Under the pieces are notes generated by a model that saw only the letters and a list, made by a program, of their open reading frames with translations, made no database searches and was not told where the DNA came from. From an uncultured virus (IMG/VR IMGVR_UViG_3300025383_000020) (lineage: Duplodnaviria; Heunggongvirae; Uroviricota; Caudoviricetes): a DNA stretch of 64,000 nt. Positions 49,701-59,622 of this stretch are shown one piece after another. Each line of letters opens with the position of its first letter. Position 1 is the first letter of the stretch. Where the stretch lies: the IMG/VR virus record IMGVR_UViG_3300025383_000020; one strand, written 5' to 3'. The translations under genes and the position numbers were made by a program.

Positions 49701-49771
49701 GGTCTTGTGGCCGAGTGATTAGGCGCAGCTCTGCAAAAGCTGATACACTGGTTTGATCCCAGTCGAGACCT
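49701..49771 (+). tRNA. tRNA-Cys(GCA)
   Basis: cloverleaf, U73. Confidence 0.85.
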
Positions 49772-49778
49772 CTTAAAT

Positions 49779-49849
49779 ACGTTCGTGGTGCAATGGTAGC
49801 ATACCGGTCTCCAAAACCGTTGATGGGGGTTCGAATCCCTCCGTTCGTG
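49779..49849 (+). tRNA. tRNA-Trp(CCA)
   Basis: cloverleaf, two T:T acceptor mismatches. Confidence 0.82.
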
Positions 49850-49862
49850 CAAAAAATAAATT

Positions 49863-49937
49863 GGGTACATAGCTCAGAGGTAGAGCAATCGGCCGTTAAC
49901 CGATTGGCCGCAGGTTCGATCCCTGCTGTGCCCGCCA
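49863..49937 (+). tRNA. tRNA-Asn(GTT)
   Basis: cloverleaf, GCCA end, atypical C33. Confidence 0.85.
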
Positions 49938-49959
49938 ACGAATCTAGCGGATTCATAAT

Positions 49960-50030
49960 TGTCCCTTCGTCTAATGGCAGGACATCTGATTTTGGCTCAG
50001 ATAATTGAGGTTCGAATCCTTGAGGGACAA
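49960..50030 (+). tRNA. tRNA-Gln(TTG)
   Basis: cloverleaf, U1-A72. Confidence 0.9.
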
Positions 50031-50040
50031 CAATAACTAT

Positions 50041-50114
50041 GGGGAATTAGCTCACTTGGCTAGAGCGCCTGCTTTGCAAGCAGGAGGCAGCGAGTTCGAC
50101 TCTCGCATTCTCCA
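50041..50114 (+). tRNA. tRNA-Ala(TGC)
   Basis: cloverleaf, G3:U70. Confidence 0.93.
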
Positions 50115-50182
50115 CTTGAGGGAGGTGGGATGACCACCCAACGATTCAGCTCGTCACTGAGTCGGCTTCCCCAAAATAACTA

Positions 50183-50257
50183 GGACAAAAAGGTGTGGGG
50201 AGGATCGCACGCTGGGCTCGCAACCCAGAAGACTGGTTCGTGTCTCCAGTGAGTCCA
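50183..50257 (+). pseudogene. degenerate tRNA-like element (anticodon CGC)
   Basis: CTGGG-CTCGCAA-CCCAG arm, T-arm with 9-nt loop, weak acceptor GGAC/GTCC. Confidence 0.45.
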
Positions 50258-50260
50258 TAT

Positions 50261-50334
50261 AGGCAATTAGCTCATTTGGTTAGAGCGCCGATCTGATACG
50301 TCGGAGGTGCCCAGTTCGAGCCTGGGATTGCCTA
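50261..50334 (+). tRNA. tRNA-Ile(GAT)
   Basis: cloverleaf. Confidence 0.9.
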
Positions 50335-50350
50335 CTTAAAAACAAAAACA

Positions 50351-50806
50351 ATGTCACTAAAAGCAACAATCTATGCGGACTTTATGACTGCATTTAAAGC
50401 AAAAGAAGAAAAGGCAAAGTCTGCTCTGAGCATGCTGAAGGCAAAGATCACTGAAGCCGAAAAGGCAAATAAGAATCAGGAACTTACTGATGCTGAAGTG
50501 CTAAAGGTGATACTTGCTTCGGTGAAACAGAGAAAGCAATCGATCGGCGAATTTGAGAAGGGCGGCCGACCTGATCTTGTTGAAAAGGAGGCGGCAGAGC
50601 TCAAGGTTCTTGAAGCATACCTTCCAAAACAAATGTCTCGCGAAGAGATTGAGTCTGAATTGCGTACGATCCTACTTGGTTTTGGCGAAAAAGAACCGCA
50701 TAACAAAAAGGTGGGACAGAGCATGGGAATGTTCAATAAGAAGTTTCCAGGAATGGCTGACCCGAAGGTAGTACAAGAGGTCATAAATTCTCTGGTTGCT
50801 GCATAA
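50351..50806 (+). CDS. GatB/YqeY domain protein
   Basis: VKQRKQSI..F..GGR.DL..KE..EL.VL..YLP.QMS.EEI. Confidence 0.88.
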   Translation: MSLKATIYADFMTAFKAKEEKAKSALSMLKAKITEAEKANKNQELTDAEVLKVILASVKQRKQSIGEFEKGGRPDLVEKEAAELKVLEAYLPKQMSREEIESELRTILLGFGEKEPHNKKVGQSMGMFNKKFPGMADPKVVQEVINSLVAA

Positions 50807-50817
50807 AAATCAATAAT

Positions 50818-50900
50818 GGAGAGTGCCCGAATGGACGAGGAACCTGTCTTGAAAACAGCTGGGTGTAAAAGCTTTGGGGGTTCGATTCCCTCACTCTCCG
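50818..50900 (+). tRNA. tRNA-Ser(TGA)
   Basis: type II cloverleaf, G73. Confidence 0.88.
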
Positions 50901-50936
50901 CCGAAAACCAATAGTCATGGAAAAAAGATCTCCGAA

Positions 50937-51359
50937 ATGTCGGACGCTGAGTTTACTGCCTTTGCTGAAAAGGAAAAGGCTGAAATACAACTCGCTAAGA
51001 AAAAAGAGCTGCTCGATCGCTGGAATAATCTTCCTAGGTTCGATGAGGTGCACCAAGTTCCTATTCTGCCTCAGGTAGACGATCCAAGGGAATGGTCAGA
51101 GTTTTATGTAAAGAAACTCATCTCATCTGGAGCTATTCCCAAGGAGGCCCTAAAGGATGGAGAGCATTACGTGGGATCCCATCGCAGAGCGCAAGTCGCT
51201 CGATGGAATTCTGAAATGGGTCGATTTGAATACTGGAGAACCAAGTTCAACCAGACTTTCATCGACTACTGTAATCACTTTGAAGACGACGACGGGTTTT
51301 CTCTGTTTGTTCCAATTGGCACTGCCTCGAAAGATCAGTTTGAAAAGAACGAAATATAA
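50937..51359 (+). CDS. hypothetical protein
   Basis: start reassigned past tRNA-Ser. Confidence 0.55.
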   Translation: MSDAEFTAFAEKEKAEIQLAKKKELLDRWNNLPRFDEVHQVPILPQVDDPREWSEFYVKKLISSGAIPKEALKDGEHYVGSHRRAQVARWNSEMGRFEYWRTKFNQTFIDYCNHFEDDDGFSLFVPIGTASKDQFEKNEI

Positions 51360-51362
51360 TTT

Positions 51363-51451
51363 GGAAAGGTACTCAAGATGGCTTAAGAGGACGCTTTGCT
51401 AAAGCGTTAGGTCGGGTAACTGGCGCGTGGGTTCAAATCCCACTCTTTCCG
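51363..51451 (+). tRNA. tRNA-Ser(GCT)
   Basis: type II cloverleaf. Confidence 0.9.
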
Positions 51452-51515
51452 CAAAAAGACTGTTGATGTAGGCTGTCAGCCATAGAGGGGTGAGTCAAAC
51501 ATATTCCCTTCACAT

Positions 51516-51589
51516 GGAGTCATTAGCTCAATTGGTAGAGTGCCGGGTTGTGGTCCCGGAGGCAATGGGATCGAAGCCCATATGACTCC
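51516..51589 (+). tRNA. tRNA-His(GTG)
   Basis: G-1:C73, TTGTGGT loop. Confidence 0.87.
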
Positions 51590-51594
51590 CTCTT

Positions 51595-52527
51595 TTATTT
51601 GTTAGGTTTGCCGACCGCTTTGGTTATGTCGTCTGTTGTTATTCCTAAACTTTGCATAATATCATACGAACGAAGTAGTGCATCAATTGCGACATTACGT
51701 TCAACTGAATGTTTAGAAAACACTTTTCCTAACTGTACCTGAAGTTCAAATATCTTTTTTACAACTTCTAATTTTTCTGGAGAAGTTATGTCAACTGAAT
51801 TCAAACGATCTGCTAAACTCTCAAAATAATTTAGCTGGGTTTCAATATTTTCGGCGTACTCTTTGAGGTATACCGGTTTTCTATTAAACGGCTTAGCTTG
51901 TTCTAAGACCATTATTGATAATTCCTTTTTAATTAAAGGCGAAAGTGCTGACTCAAATTTAGAGATGACTTTGGGTTGACCGACAAAAGGTATAGTTAAA
52001 AAAGCCTCTTCAATATTATCGGGAGTAAAGACCTCTTCTGCTTCCTTGAGGCTAATGCCGCGGACAGCCATGCTCCTGTTAAATTCCGATGCGTCTATGA
52101 TGTCAGCAATTATATCATCATCACTAAGAGTTACTGCATCTCCAGTTAACGAAAATATAATGTGCTCGTTCGTCTGTTCTTTGCTAACTTGCGGTTCATA
52201 CCTTTGAAATTTTGAATAGATCACACGGGCAATCTGATTTTCATACATTGGAGTAGTGTGCGGATTATAAGGAATCTCTAGGGTTAAATCAATTCCAATA
52301 CTTGAAAAAGAAGTTTCGGTATCATTTTCAATGAGCGATATTTTTACAGAGTTTTCAGTAATGTTATCGAGCTTACAAACTGACTTTACACTATCAAATA
52401 GTTTAGCTATTGCGACTTTAACGGCTTCCTTTACACTAAAATTATAATCTAAATTAATTGTAATATACACTGCATCAGGCTGAGCAGATTCATTTATCCT
52501 GTTCCACTTTGAAAAATTAAGTAGCAT
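51595..52527 (-). CDS. hypothetical protein, head-tag N-terminus
   Basis: MLLNFSKWNRINES. Confidence 0.6.
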   Translation of the reverse strand: MLLNFSKWNRINESAQPDAVYITINLDYNFSVKEAVKVAIAKLFDSVKSVCKLDNITENSVKISLIENDTETSFSSIGIDLTLEIPYNPHTTPMYENQIARVIYSKFQRYEPQVSKEQTNEHIIFSLTGDAVTLSDDDIIADIIDASEFNRSMAVRGISLKEAEEVFTPDNIEEAFLTIPFVGQPKVISKFESALSPLIKKELSIMVLEQAKPFNRKPVYLKEYAENIETQLNYFESLADRLNSVDITSPEKLEVVKKIFELQVQLGKVFSKHSVERNVAIDALLRSYDIMQSLGITTDDITKAVGKPNK

Positions 52528-52532
52528 GAAAA

Positions 52533-53063
52533 TTATTGATTTTTTAAAAGATCTAATCCATGTACTGCAAGCTGATCTAGAAGTTCTAGAGCAGAGCCGC
52601 GATAGACGATTGCTCCTTTTGTGTGATATATTCGCGCAACGCTACAAGTGTCTGAATCAAGATCAATTTCAATAATGTATTCAGCATCATTGAACGCAAA
52701 CTTAAAATAGATGAATCCGCCGTCTACTCTATAGCTAACGCCTTCTCCATCGAGCCTTCTAAGAAAGTGCACGATCTGGGCGATGTCTTCGTATGCTACA
52801 ATCTCAAGCTCTTCTTCTGGCGTAAATTCAAGTCCGTGAATTCCTTCCTTGTCGACCGTTGCTTCGTTAACAAATTCAGAAAAAGTAAGGATAAAATTTT
52901 CTTTGAGGCCCTTGTGTTTCGTCTTTGCAAAGAGTTCAAGTTCCTTTTCTGGCATCTCCTCTGCAAGCTCTTTTACCTTCTTACTTGCGCCCTTCATTTT
53001 ACCCCTCTTTTGAGCAAGAGCCATTGCAAAAAGCCTCTGTTGTGATTTTGATTTTGCTGGCAT
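52533..53063 (-). CDS. DUF3008-like N-terminal domain protein
   Basis: MPAKSKSQQRLFAMAL...FAKTKHKGL. Confidence 0.65.
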   Translation of the reverse strand: MPAKSKSQQRLFAMALAQKRGKMKGASKKVKELAEEMPEKELELFAKTKHKGLKENFILTFSEFVNEATVDKEGIHGLEFTPEEELEIVAYEDIAQIVHFLRRLDGEGVSYRVDGGFIYFKFAFNDAEYIIEIDLDSDTCSVARIYHTKGAIVYRGSALELLDQLAVHGLDLLKNQ

Positions 53064-53064
53064 G

Positions 53065-54885
53065 TTAAAAATCGCAGTCTACCGAATATTTTAAAGGTCC
53101 ATCAACTGTATCGATTGTCCAATCCGCAGTAGATCCTGTGCTTAACTTATATATGCCGTAGACGCCTAGACCTGCTGCTACTACAGGGAAAGGCACAACA
53201 TATGCCGCTGCATATGCTGCAAGAGCGCCCTTTGCAATGCTCTCTAATTTATCTGCAGTAAACTCCTTTAGTATTTTCTTACGAATTACTGCATCCGCTG
53301 CAAGCAATAACGCTTTGTTTGGATCATTAGGCTTCATCTTATCAATGTATTGAGCCTTTATTGTCTTAACAAACCAATTATTATAAAGTCTTTCTCCTTT
53401 AACTTCATCATCATTAATAACACCTTTTGCAGGCTTCCAAAATGCCTCGTCTGAAAACTTATTTTGGATTGCTTCGCTTGCATCTATTGCAAGTTGGTCA
53501 TCCTCTTTTGTGCGGGTAAATTTACCAGTAGTCGATGTAGATTGTGCTGTACCTGCAGAAGACTGAGTCGATGATTTTGCAGAAGTAGAGGTAGCAGAAT
53601 ATGATTTTGCAGTTGACGTAAATGCGTTTGAATCAAATGATTCAAAAATGCGCATGTTAAGATTAAGATAACTCTCATCTATCTTTTCAGTCTGTAGCTT
53701 ATTAACGAGTTCAGAAGTGATAGTAGTGCCAGTCTTATCAGCTAGACCGAACCCTGATTTAAGGGCTGCGATCATCTTTTCAGTAGTCGGCCCGTACACT
53801 CCATCTGCTCCGTATTTTGCAAATGCGACGTATAGGTCAGAACCTGCTAATTTTTTGCTAAATTTGTCGATTATTAGCTGTTGAATCTTTTTTAGTGTTT
53901 CATCCCCCTGTGGTACATTTGCTTTCTTAAGTCCACCTTCTGGAAGCTTAATGTCTCCAGTAGCTGCAGATGTTCCGCCTACTGCCTTTAAGAATAGATC
54001 AGTGTTGAAGTCGGCAGGTAGAGGTGCAGTCTCCTGTTCGTAGAGACGGCTCTCGTTTTTAGCAACTGCAGGACTTTCTGCCGCTTTTGCTGGAGTGCCT
54101 AACGTAAGCATTTTATCAACTACATTCTGGTCAATCGACTCAACCGGATCGCCATATTCGTCTTTGATGCTGAATCCGGCAATAATTCCTTTGACGAAAT
54201 TCGCAGAAGCGTCGCCAAGAGTTCCAGCTTTAAGTTCAGCCTTTACTTTTGCAAATATCGGATTTGAGCTCAGTTTAGGGTCTTTCAATAGTGCAAAATA
54301 CGCCTTCTTGATTGGAGAAAATGCAGGATCCTTTGAAGTCACTTTAGCAATATTATTTAGAGCGATTGGAGTAGTGATTTTTACTGGAGCTTGCGATACG
54401 CTTGCTTTTCCAGTAGCCGATGCATTTGCGGTAGATACAGTTTGAGTAAGGATGCTCGCTTTTGCTGAATCTGTCACTAGGCTCTTAACTTCTTCCTGGG
54501 TAATAATTGTACGATCTGCAGGTAGGCCTGGGGCTTCTGATCTTGGCGATATGGTGAACGTTATTAGCTGCTTGTTCGCGTTATCCTTGTCGACATGGTA
54601 TATCACAAAGTTATTCTTAAGATCCCCTAGACCAGGATAGTATGGAAGCCACTTTGGCTGATTTTTTATCCAAGTAAGTATGCTGTTCCACCCGTTTTGA
54701 GTGATTTTACCAGTTGCCTCATCGATTACTCTAAGATCGTGAACTATCTTGATTTTAAAGCTTTTTTCGTCAACTGGAATACCTACGACCTTTTGACCGA
54801 ATCCTGCAGTCTGTTTTGTTCTGCCTGGAAATTCAGCTTCGTTTAATACTTTCCATTTTGAAAAGTCCGATACTATGTGATTCAT
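53065..54885 (-). CDS. large protein with PG-binding-like motif
   Basis: YGADGVYGPTTEKMI; C-terminal hydrophobic segment. Confidence 0.6.
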   Translation of the reverse strand: MNHIVSDFSKWKVLNEAEFPGRTKQTAGFGQKVVGIPVDEKSFKIKIVHDLRVIDEATGKITQNGWNSILTWIKNQPKWLPYYPGLGDLKNNFVIYHVDKDNANKQLITFTISPRSEAPGLPADRTIITQEEVKSLVTDSAKASILTQTVSTANASATGKASVSQAPVKITTPIALNNIAKVTSKDPAFSPIKKAYFALLKDPKLSSNPIFAKVKAELKAGTLGDASANFVKGIIAGFSIKDEYGDPVESIDQNVVDKMLTLGTPAKAAESPAVAKNESRLYEQETAPLPADFNTDLFLKAVGGTSAATGDIKLPEGGLKKANVPQGDETLKKIQQLIIDKFSKKLAGSDLYVAFAKYGADGVYGPTTEKMIAALKSGFGLADKTGTTITSELVNKLQTEKIDESYLNLNMRIFESFDSNAFTSTAKSYSATSTSAKSSTQSSAGTAQSTSTTGKFTRTKEDDQLAIDASEAIQNKFSDEAFWKPAKGVINDDEVKGERLYNNWFVKTIKAQYIDKMKPNDPNKALLLAADAVIRKKILKEFTADKLESIAKGALAAYAAAYVVPFPVVAAGLGVYGIYKLSTGSTADWTIDTVDGPLKYSVDCDF

Positions 54886-54967
54886 TATTCGAAATTCTTT
54901 TTTTTATTTATCTTTAATGTAGGGCCCAATTGTAGTACTTTAATTATACACCATTAAACTTAAAATC

Positions 54968-55540
54968 ATGAAAAAGTTAATTGCAATAGCATTCTTTGCG
55001 GTAACTATAACAGTTCATGCACAAACAAAGCTTGATACTCTAATATTCAATAAAGTAAATGAATATCGCGCTGAAAATTGCTTGTCTTCACTAAAATGGT
55101 CAGAATCAGCTACTTGTGTTGCACAAAACCAGGTAGAATATTGCTATCGTATAAAATATATTTTTCACTATCAGACGGATAGCTCAGTAAACGATTCAAG
55201 TTTTAAAATTGAACCAAACTTTCAAAAAAGATTCAAGCAGGGAGGAGTTAACATATCCGGTAAAACCTGGACGATTGCTGAGAATCTTTTAGTATATGTA
55301 GATACTACTGATAATTATACTGAAAGTCTTGAGAAAGTTGCAAATGAGACTATTTCTGGATGGAAAGAGTCGCCTGAACACAATGCAATGATGCTGAGAA
55401 TCGACCTTGAATATGCAGCAGTCGCTCACACGATCGGCAAAGAATTCGTAAAACGTTGGTTTGATCCAATAATGTTTGAAGACTACGAAACAATATTTCA
55501 AGGAAAAGCTTATTATATTGCGTTAGACGCGTATAGATGA
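54968..55540 (+). CDS. secreted CAP/SCP domain protein A
   Basis: signal peptide, VNEYR, H, AENL, WKESPEHN.MML. Confidence 0.85.
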   Translation: MKKLIAIAFFAVTITVHAQTKLDTLIFNKVNEYRAENCLSSLKWSESATCVAQNQVEYCYRIKYIFHYQTDSSVNDSSFKIEPNFQKRFKQGGVNISGKTWTIAENLLVYVDTTDNYTESLEKVANETISGWKESPEHNAMMLRIDLEYAAVAHTIGKEFVKRWFDPIMFEDYETIFQGKAYYIALDAYR

Positions 55541-56125
55541 TTAAGGTATCTTTTGAGTATCAACTCCAGTATTTATGTCAGTCTGAGTATTGACCACTGC
55601 TGCCTTAACTTTAGGTTCACTTGAATTTCCAACTTCACGTAAAGAGCCAACTGTCTTATTTAGATCTTCTGGATGCGCCTTCATTTTATCAATTCCATAG
55701 TCAATCAATGCGTGAGAAGTATGAATTCCAAATACTCCATCGTTAAACGCTCTGGTTTTACCGATACGAGTAGTATATGTCTTGTATTTGGTGTCACTCA
55801 TTAAAAACTCTTGAAACTTCTTGATGTCAGGATTTCCATCTTTTCCCTTTTGATTATATCCCTTGTTTGTAAAGAATTGAATTGCCGAATTAAGTTGATC
55901 ATTTGTTAATTTGGAAAGTGCATCAATATATTGGGCGACAGTCATTTTAGAAACAGCAGCTGATCCTCCAAGTAAAGTAGGCAAAAACTCAGAATTAAAC
56001 ATCATCAGAAAGTTCGCTATTTCTGGATCAAGAGATGGCGCTTTTACTGGAAGGGGTGTAATTGTTTGTTTAGGCTTAGCCTTTTGTTCATTTATTGCCT
56101 TCCATCTTGAGAAATTTAAAATCAT
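55541..56125 (-). CDS. head-tagged protein A with PG-binding-like motif
   Basis: IKKFQEFL...DGVFG..T..AL. Confidence 0.6.
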   Translation of the reverse strand: MILNFSRWKAINEQKAKPKQTITPLPVKAPSLDPEIANFLMMFNSEFLPTLLGGSAAVSKMTVAQYIDALSKLTNDQLNSAIQFFTNKGYNQKGKDGNPDIKKFQEFLMSDTKYKTYTTRIGKTRAFNDGVFGIHTSHALIDYGIDKMKAHPEDLNKTVGSLREVGNSSEPKVKAAVVNTQTDINTGVDTQKIP

Positions 56126-56201
56126 CGTGAAACTTTTTATTATTTATTTAATAAGTAACGATATTGTAGTATTTTAATTATACACCATTAAACCTAAAAT
56201 C

Positions 56202-56765
56202 ATGAAAAAGTTAATTGCAATAGCATTCTTTGCGGTAACTATCTCAGCAAACGCACAGACTCACCTTGACACTTTGATCTTCAATAAAGTCAATGAGTAT
56301 CGCGCTAAAAAAGGAATAAAGCCGCTTTTCTGGAGTGATCAAGGCTATCGAGTAGCAAAAAACCAAGCACAATATATAAAGCTGCTTAAAGCAGTAATCC
56401 ACGATCAAATAGATAGTGTAAGTCCGACTTTTAAATTGGAACCAAATTTTGTTAAGCGTTTTTCAAGACAGGGAATTTGCGTAACTGATACTAACTCATA
56501 CGAAGCTGAAAATCTTGTAGCGGTCGGAGACACTGTTGCCTTTGTGAGCGATGAGGAAGTCGCAAACCGTGCGATTAACTCTTGGAAGAATTCACCGGCA
56601 CATAATTCAATGATGCTTATGAAAGAAGTAACGTTCGCTGGTGTTGCGAACGTTATTGGAAGTGAATTATATGATGTCGCTGGAATAGATCCGGCAACTT
56701 TGGAAGAAACAATTATTCAAGTAAAAGGATATGTTTACTTTATTGCGCTAGACGCTCACAATTAA
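56202..56765 (+). CDS. secreted CAP/SCP domain protein B
   Basis: paralogue of 54968; WKNSPAHN.MML. Confidence 0.85.
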   Translation: MKKLIAIAFFAVTISANAQTHLDTLIFNKVNEYRAKKGIKPLFWSDQGYRVAKNQAQYIKLLKAVIHDQIDSVSPTFKLEPNFVKRFSRQGICVTDTNSYEAENLVAVGDTVAFVSDEEVANRAINSWKNSPAHNSMMLMKEVTFAGVANVIGSELYDVAGIDPATLEETIIQVKGYVYFIALDAHN

Positions 56766-57304
56766 GGAACATATTGAGTTCCGGTTCCAGTCTTAACATC
56801 AGAAGGAGTAGCGACCTTTGCCGCTGGCACGTTTTGACCTGGTTCTTGATGAATTTGCGCAGCAGTTGCAGTAGTAGCTCCTACCGTCTTATTTTGGTCT
56901 GATGCGTGACTGTATTTTATTATTCTATACTGAACTAACGCATTTGCAGTAGCTCTACCGAGTTTACCATCATCGAATTTTTCAGTCTTATCTTCAGCAG
57001 TAGTGAAAGTTTTAATTTCAGTCTTTGACATAAGGTATTGCTGAAGCTTAGTGATTGCTTCATTTGGCTGTTTATATCCTTTATCTGTAAAGAACTGTAT
57101 TGCTCCGTTAAACGAATCGAGAGTTAGAGTTTTTAGCTTTGCAATATAGTCAGCAATTGTCATATTTGTTGGATCTCCAGTAAGAGTCGGAAGATATTCA
57201 GTATTAAATATCTCAAATACCTTTTTTGCTTCTGGATCCATTGCTGAAACTTCATGGGTAACTTGCTCGTGTAAAGCGCTCCATTTCTTAAAATTTAAAA
57301 TCAT
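56762..57304 (-). CDS. head-tagged protein B, paralogue of 55541
   Basis: FN.E.LPTL.G, AIQFFT.KGY, DGKLGRAT..AL. Confidence 0.6.
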   Translation of the reverse strand: MILNFKKWSALHEQVTHEVSAMDPEAKKVFEIFNTEYLPTLTGDPTNMTIADYIAKLKTLTLDSFNGAIQFFTDKGYKQPNEAITKLQQYLMSKTEIKTFTTAEDKTEKFDDGKLGRATANALVQYRIIKYSHASDQNKTVGATTATAAQIHQEPGQNVPAAKVATPSDVKTGTGTQYVP

Positions 57305-57335
57305 TTCTGAAAGTTTTTTATTATTTATCTAGTGA

Positions 57336-58055
57336 TTAAGGCAAACGCTCAAATATCTTATCAGCAAAGCCTAAATCTATCGTTTCTTCAGGCGAAAGTA
57401 TTGTGTCATAATTTAAAAGATTGGCCAAATGCAGGCGAAGCTGTTCCCTTTTTTCCTCTGCTTTTTCTGAGAAAGTTATCTTTGCCTCTGGTAGTATTGA
57501 CTTTATCTCAAAGGTCTTTTGTTTGGCCAGGATCCTCGATATTGCACCTGCAAGGTGACCGCCCCCTTCCTTTTCCTCTTTCTCAAGCATTGAATCAAGA
57601 TAGATGTTCTCCATGATCCAGTTGTTTCTCTTGGACTCGTCTGCCCACTTTTCAAAGATCTTGGTGTGTCCAGCGATACCGTCAGTGCCGTAGTGTATCA
57701 TGAATCTTGAATTGGGCATCATTATTCTCTCATCTGCCGCCTGCAGTATTACGCTACCCATGCTCATGGCATAGCCGTAGACTTTTATGGTGATGTGACA
57801 GTTTGAATATTTAATAGCGTCGTAGATCGCCATTCCGTGGTACCAGTCACCTCCTGGATTATTCATTATGACGGTTATAGGTTTCTTATTCTTGGATTCA
57901 AGGACGTGCATGCCTTTGATGAAACACTCAGTCATGTTGTGATCGACTCCGCCTTCGCTTCCGTCTTCGTGAGTGTGCATGCTTCCCATGTAAATCATTC
58001 TCGATTGGAGATCGAGGTTTAATGAAAACCATTTTTCTACGTCTCTAACAATCAT
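57336..58055 (-). CDS. clpP: ClpP-like protease
   Basis: NNPGG, GMAIYDAI, AMSMG (Ser), FMIH, E.IDLGFAD. Confidence 0.85.
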   Translation of the reverse strand: MIVRDVEKWFSLNLDLQSRMIYMGSMHTHEDGSEGGVDHNMTECFIKGMHVLESKNKKPITVIMNNPGGDWYHGMAIYDAIKYSNCHITIKVYGYAMSMGSVILQAADERIMMPNSRFMIHYGTDGIAGHTKIFEKWADESKRNNWIMENIYLDSMLEKEEKEGGGHLAGAISRILAKQKTFEIKSILPEAKITFSEKAEEKREQLRLHLANLLNYDTILSPEETIDLGFADKIFERLP

Positions 58056-58146
58056 TGAAATGAATTTATTTGAAGTGCTCTATACTATATTATTTATTTC
58101 AAATCGATTTTAAAAATTGCTTCTATTTTGAGTATTAGTTTCAAAC

Positions 58147-59025
58147 ATGATGAAACACATACAAATATCAGCTGACCGAAAACTAAATAAGCTGAAGGGT
58201 ACTAACACCTATTTTAATGAGATTGACCGAATCAAGAGATTAACTATCGACCAGGAAGTTGACCTGGCAACCAGAGCAAAAGCCGGCGACAAGGCCGCGA
58301 TGGACAAGCTGATCGAGGCAAACCTCAAGTTCGTGGTGTCAGTAGCAAAAAATTACACATCAGATCCAGTCCTAGTGCAGGAGCTCATTGCCCAAGGCAA
58401 TATCGGAATTATCCGTGCAGCGCAAAAATTTGATCCTACTCGCGGATTCAAGTTCATAACGTATGCAGTTTTCTGGATTCGTAACGAGATTCTTGAATAC
58501 TACCTAAAGTACAATAGAGTGGTTCACCTGCCGTTGCACGTCGAAAACGACCTTAGAAAGGTAAAAAGGGTGCAGGCAAAGCTTGAACAAAAGTTTGATC
58601 GAACCCCTACCTTAAACGAAATCGAAGATGAGCTAATCAAAATAGGAGAGCCGATTGATCTGGACAAGCTTAGACTCATACTTGAAGTAAAGGATCATGC
58701 CGTGCCCCTAGTGACTGACGACCCTGAGTCATACGATCCAATCGAGTGGATAGAGGTCAAGTCAGAGACTGAAGTGACGATGCAACAGCTTGAATTTAGG
58801 GAAAAGATCGACGAGATACTTGAGGTACTCAGCCCAGACGAGAGGTCAATTGTGAGAAAGAGGCATGGATTTGACGGGTACGGCCCAATGGAATTTGAAG
58901 CGATTGGGATCCAGCACGGAAAAGGCACAGGTTGGGCAAGTCAGAGATATGCGATAGCGATGCGAAAAATGAGGGCTAAGCTCCACTTGATAAATTCATC
59001 AGAAGAGATCACTTTTTCTCTATAA
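58147..59025 (+). CDS. sigma70-family (RpoD/RpoS-like) sigma factor
   Basis: ANLKFVVSVAK.Y, GNIG..RAA.KFDP.RGFKFITYAVFWIR, region 4. Confidence 0.92.
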   Translation: MMKHIQISADRKLNKLKGTNTYFNEIDRIKRLTIDQEVDLATRAKAGDKAAMDKLIEANLKFVVSVAKNYTSDPVLVQELIAQGNIGIIRAAQKFDPTRGFKFITYAVFWIRNEILEYYLKYNRVVHLPLHVENDLRKVKRVQAKLEQKFDRTPTLNEIEDELIKIGEPIDLDKLRLILEVKDHAVPLVTDDPESYDPIEWIEVKSETEVTMQQLEFREKIDEILEVLSPDERSIVRKRHGFDGYGPMEFEAIGIQHGKGTGWASQRYAIAMRKMRAKLHLINSSEEITFSL

Positions 59026-59602
59026 GGTAATCTTCAAACTTTGAGCTTTTTGGCTTGGTGTTAGTAAAGTAGTATTTCTCCTCGTGCTCTGCATAGTGTA
59101 GAGTCTTCCAAAAACCAGTAGGGATCCTGGCCCCGCTTTGCACCTTCTTTGCTGGGCCGCTAAAATCAACATCGATCCTGACCATCACTGGGTACTGTTG
59201 AGCAAGCTTACGCTCGTGATCCTCAAGAAACCTCCACGTTCCACGATTTAAGTTCTCCTGCTGTAGCGCGCAGTTCGCATAGGAAAAGGTCGCAATGAGA
59301 GCTAGCGAGTCGCAGTCAAAGTCTGCAGCTGGCGCCATGTGTCCCTTGTCCCACTCGTTATCCGCATAGTCTTTATTGCCAGTAGTTATGAGCCCGGGCT
59401 CAGGTTTAAAATCAAGCCCCTTGCGTGAGTATTTGGATTCGGTGCATAACACTTCATACTCTACCCAAACAGGCTCCCTAAATTCCTCTGAGTAACCGAC
59501 CGTGTAGTGCGGTTTCTGGACTATCTTTATTTTAGTAGAGGGTTGGGTTGCAGCCACTGTAAAAACAAAGAGGGTAAGCAATAGGACTCTTAACTTAAGC
59601 AT
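59009..59602 (-). CDS. secreted DNA/RNA non-specific endonuclease (NucA type)
   Basis: signal peptide, DKGHMAPAAD, N...Q...LNRG.W..LE, IPTGFWK. Confidence 0.9.
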   Translation of the reverse strand: MLKLRVLLLTLFVFTVAATQPSTKIKIVQKPHYTVGYSEEFREPVWVEYEVLCTESKYSRKGLDFKPEPGLITTGNKDYADNEWDKGHMAPAADFDCDSLALIATFSYANCALQQENLNRGTWRFLEDHERKLAQQYPVMVRIDVDFSGPAKKVQSGARIPTGFWKTLHYAEHEEKYYFTNTKPKSSKFEDYLIEKK

Positions 59603-59622
59603 GGGATAAGATTCTTTTTATT

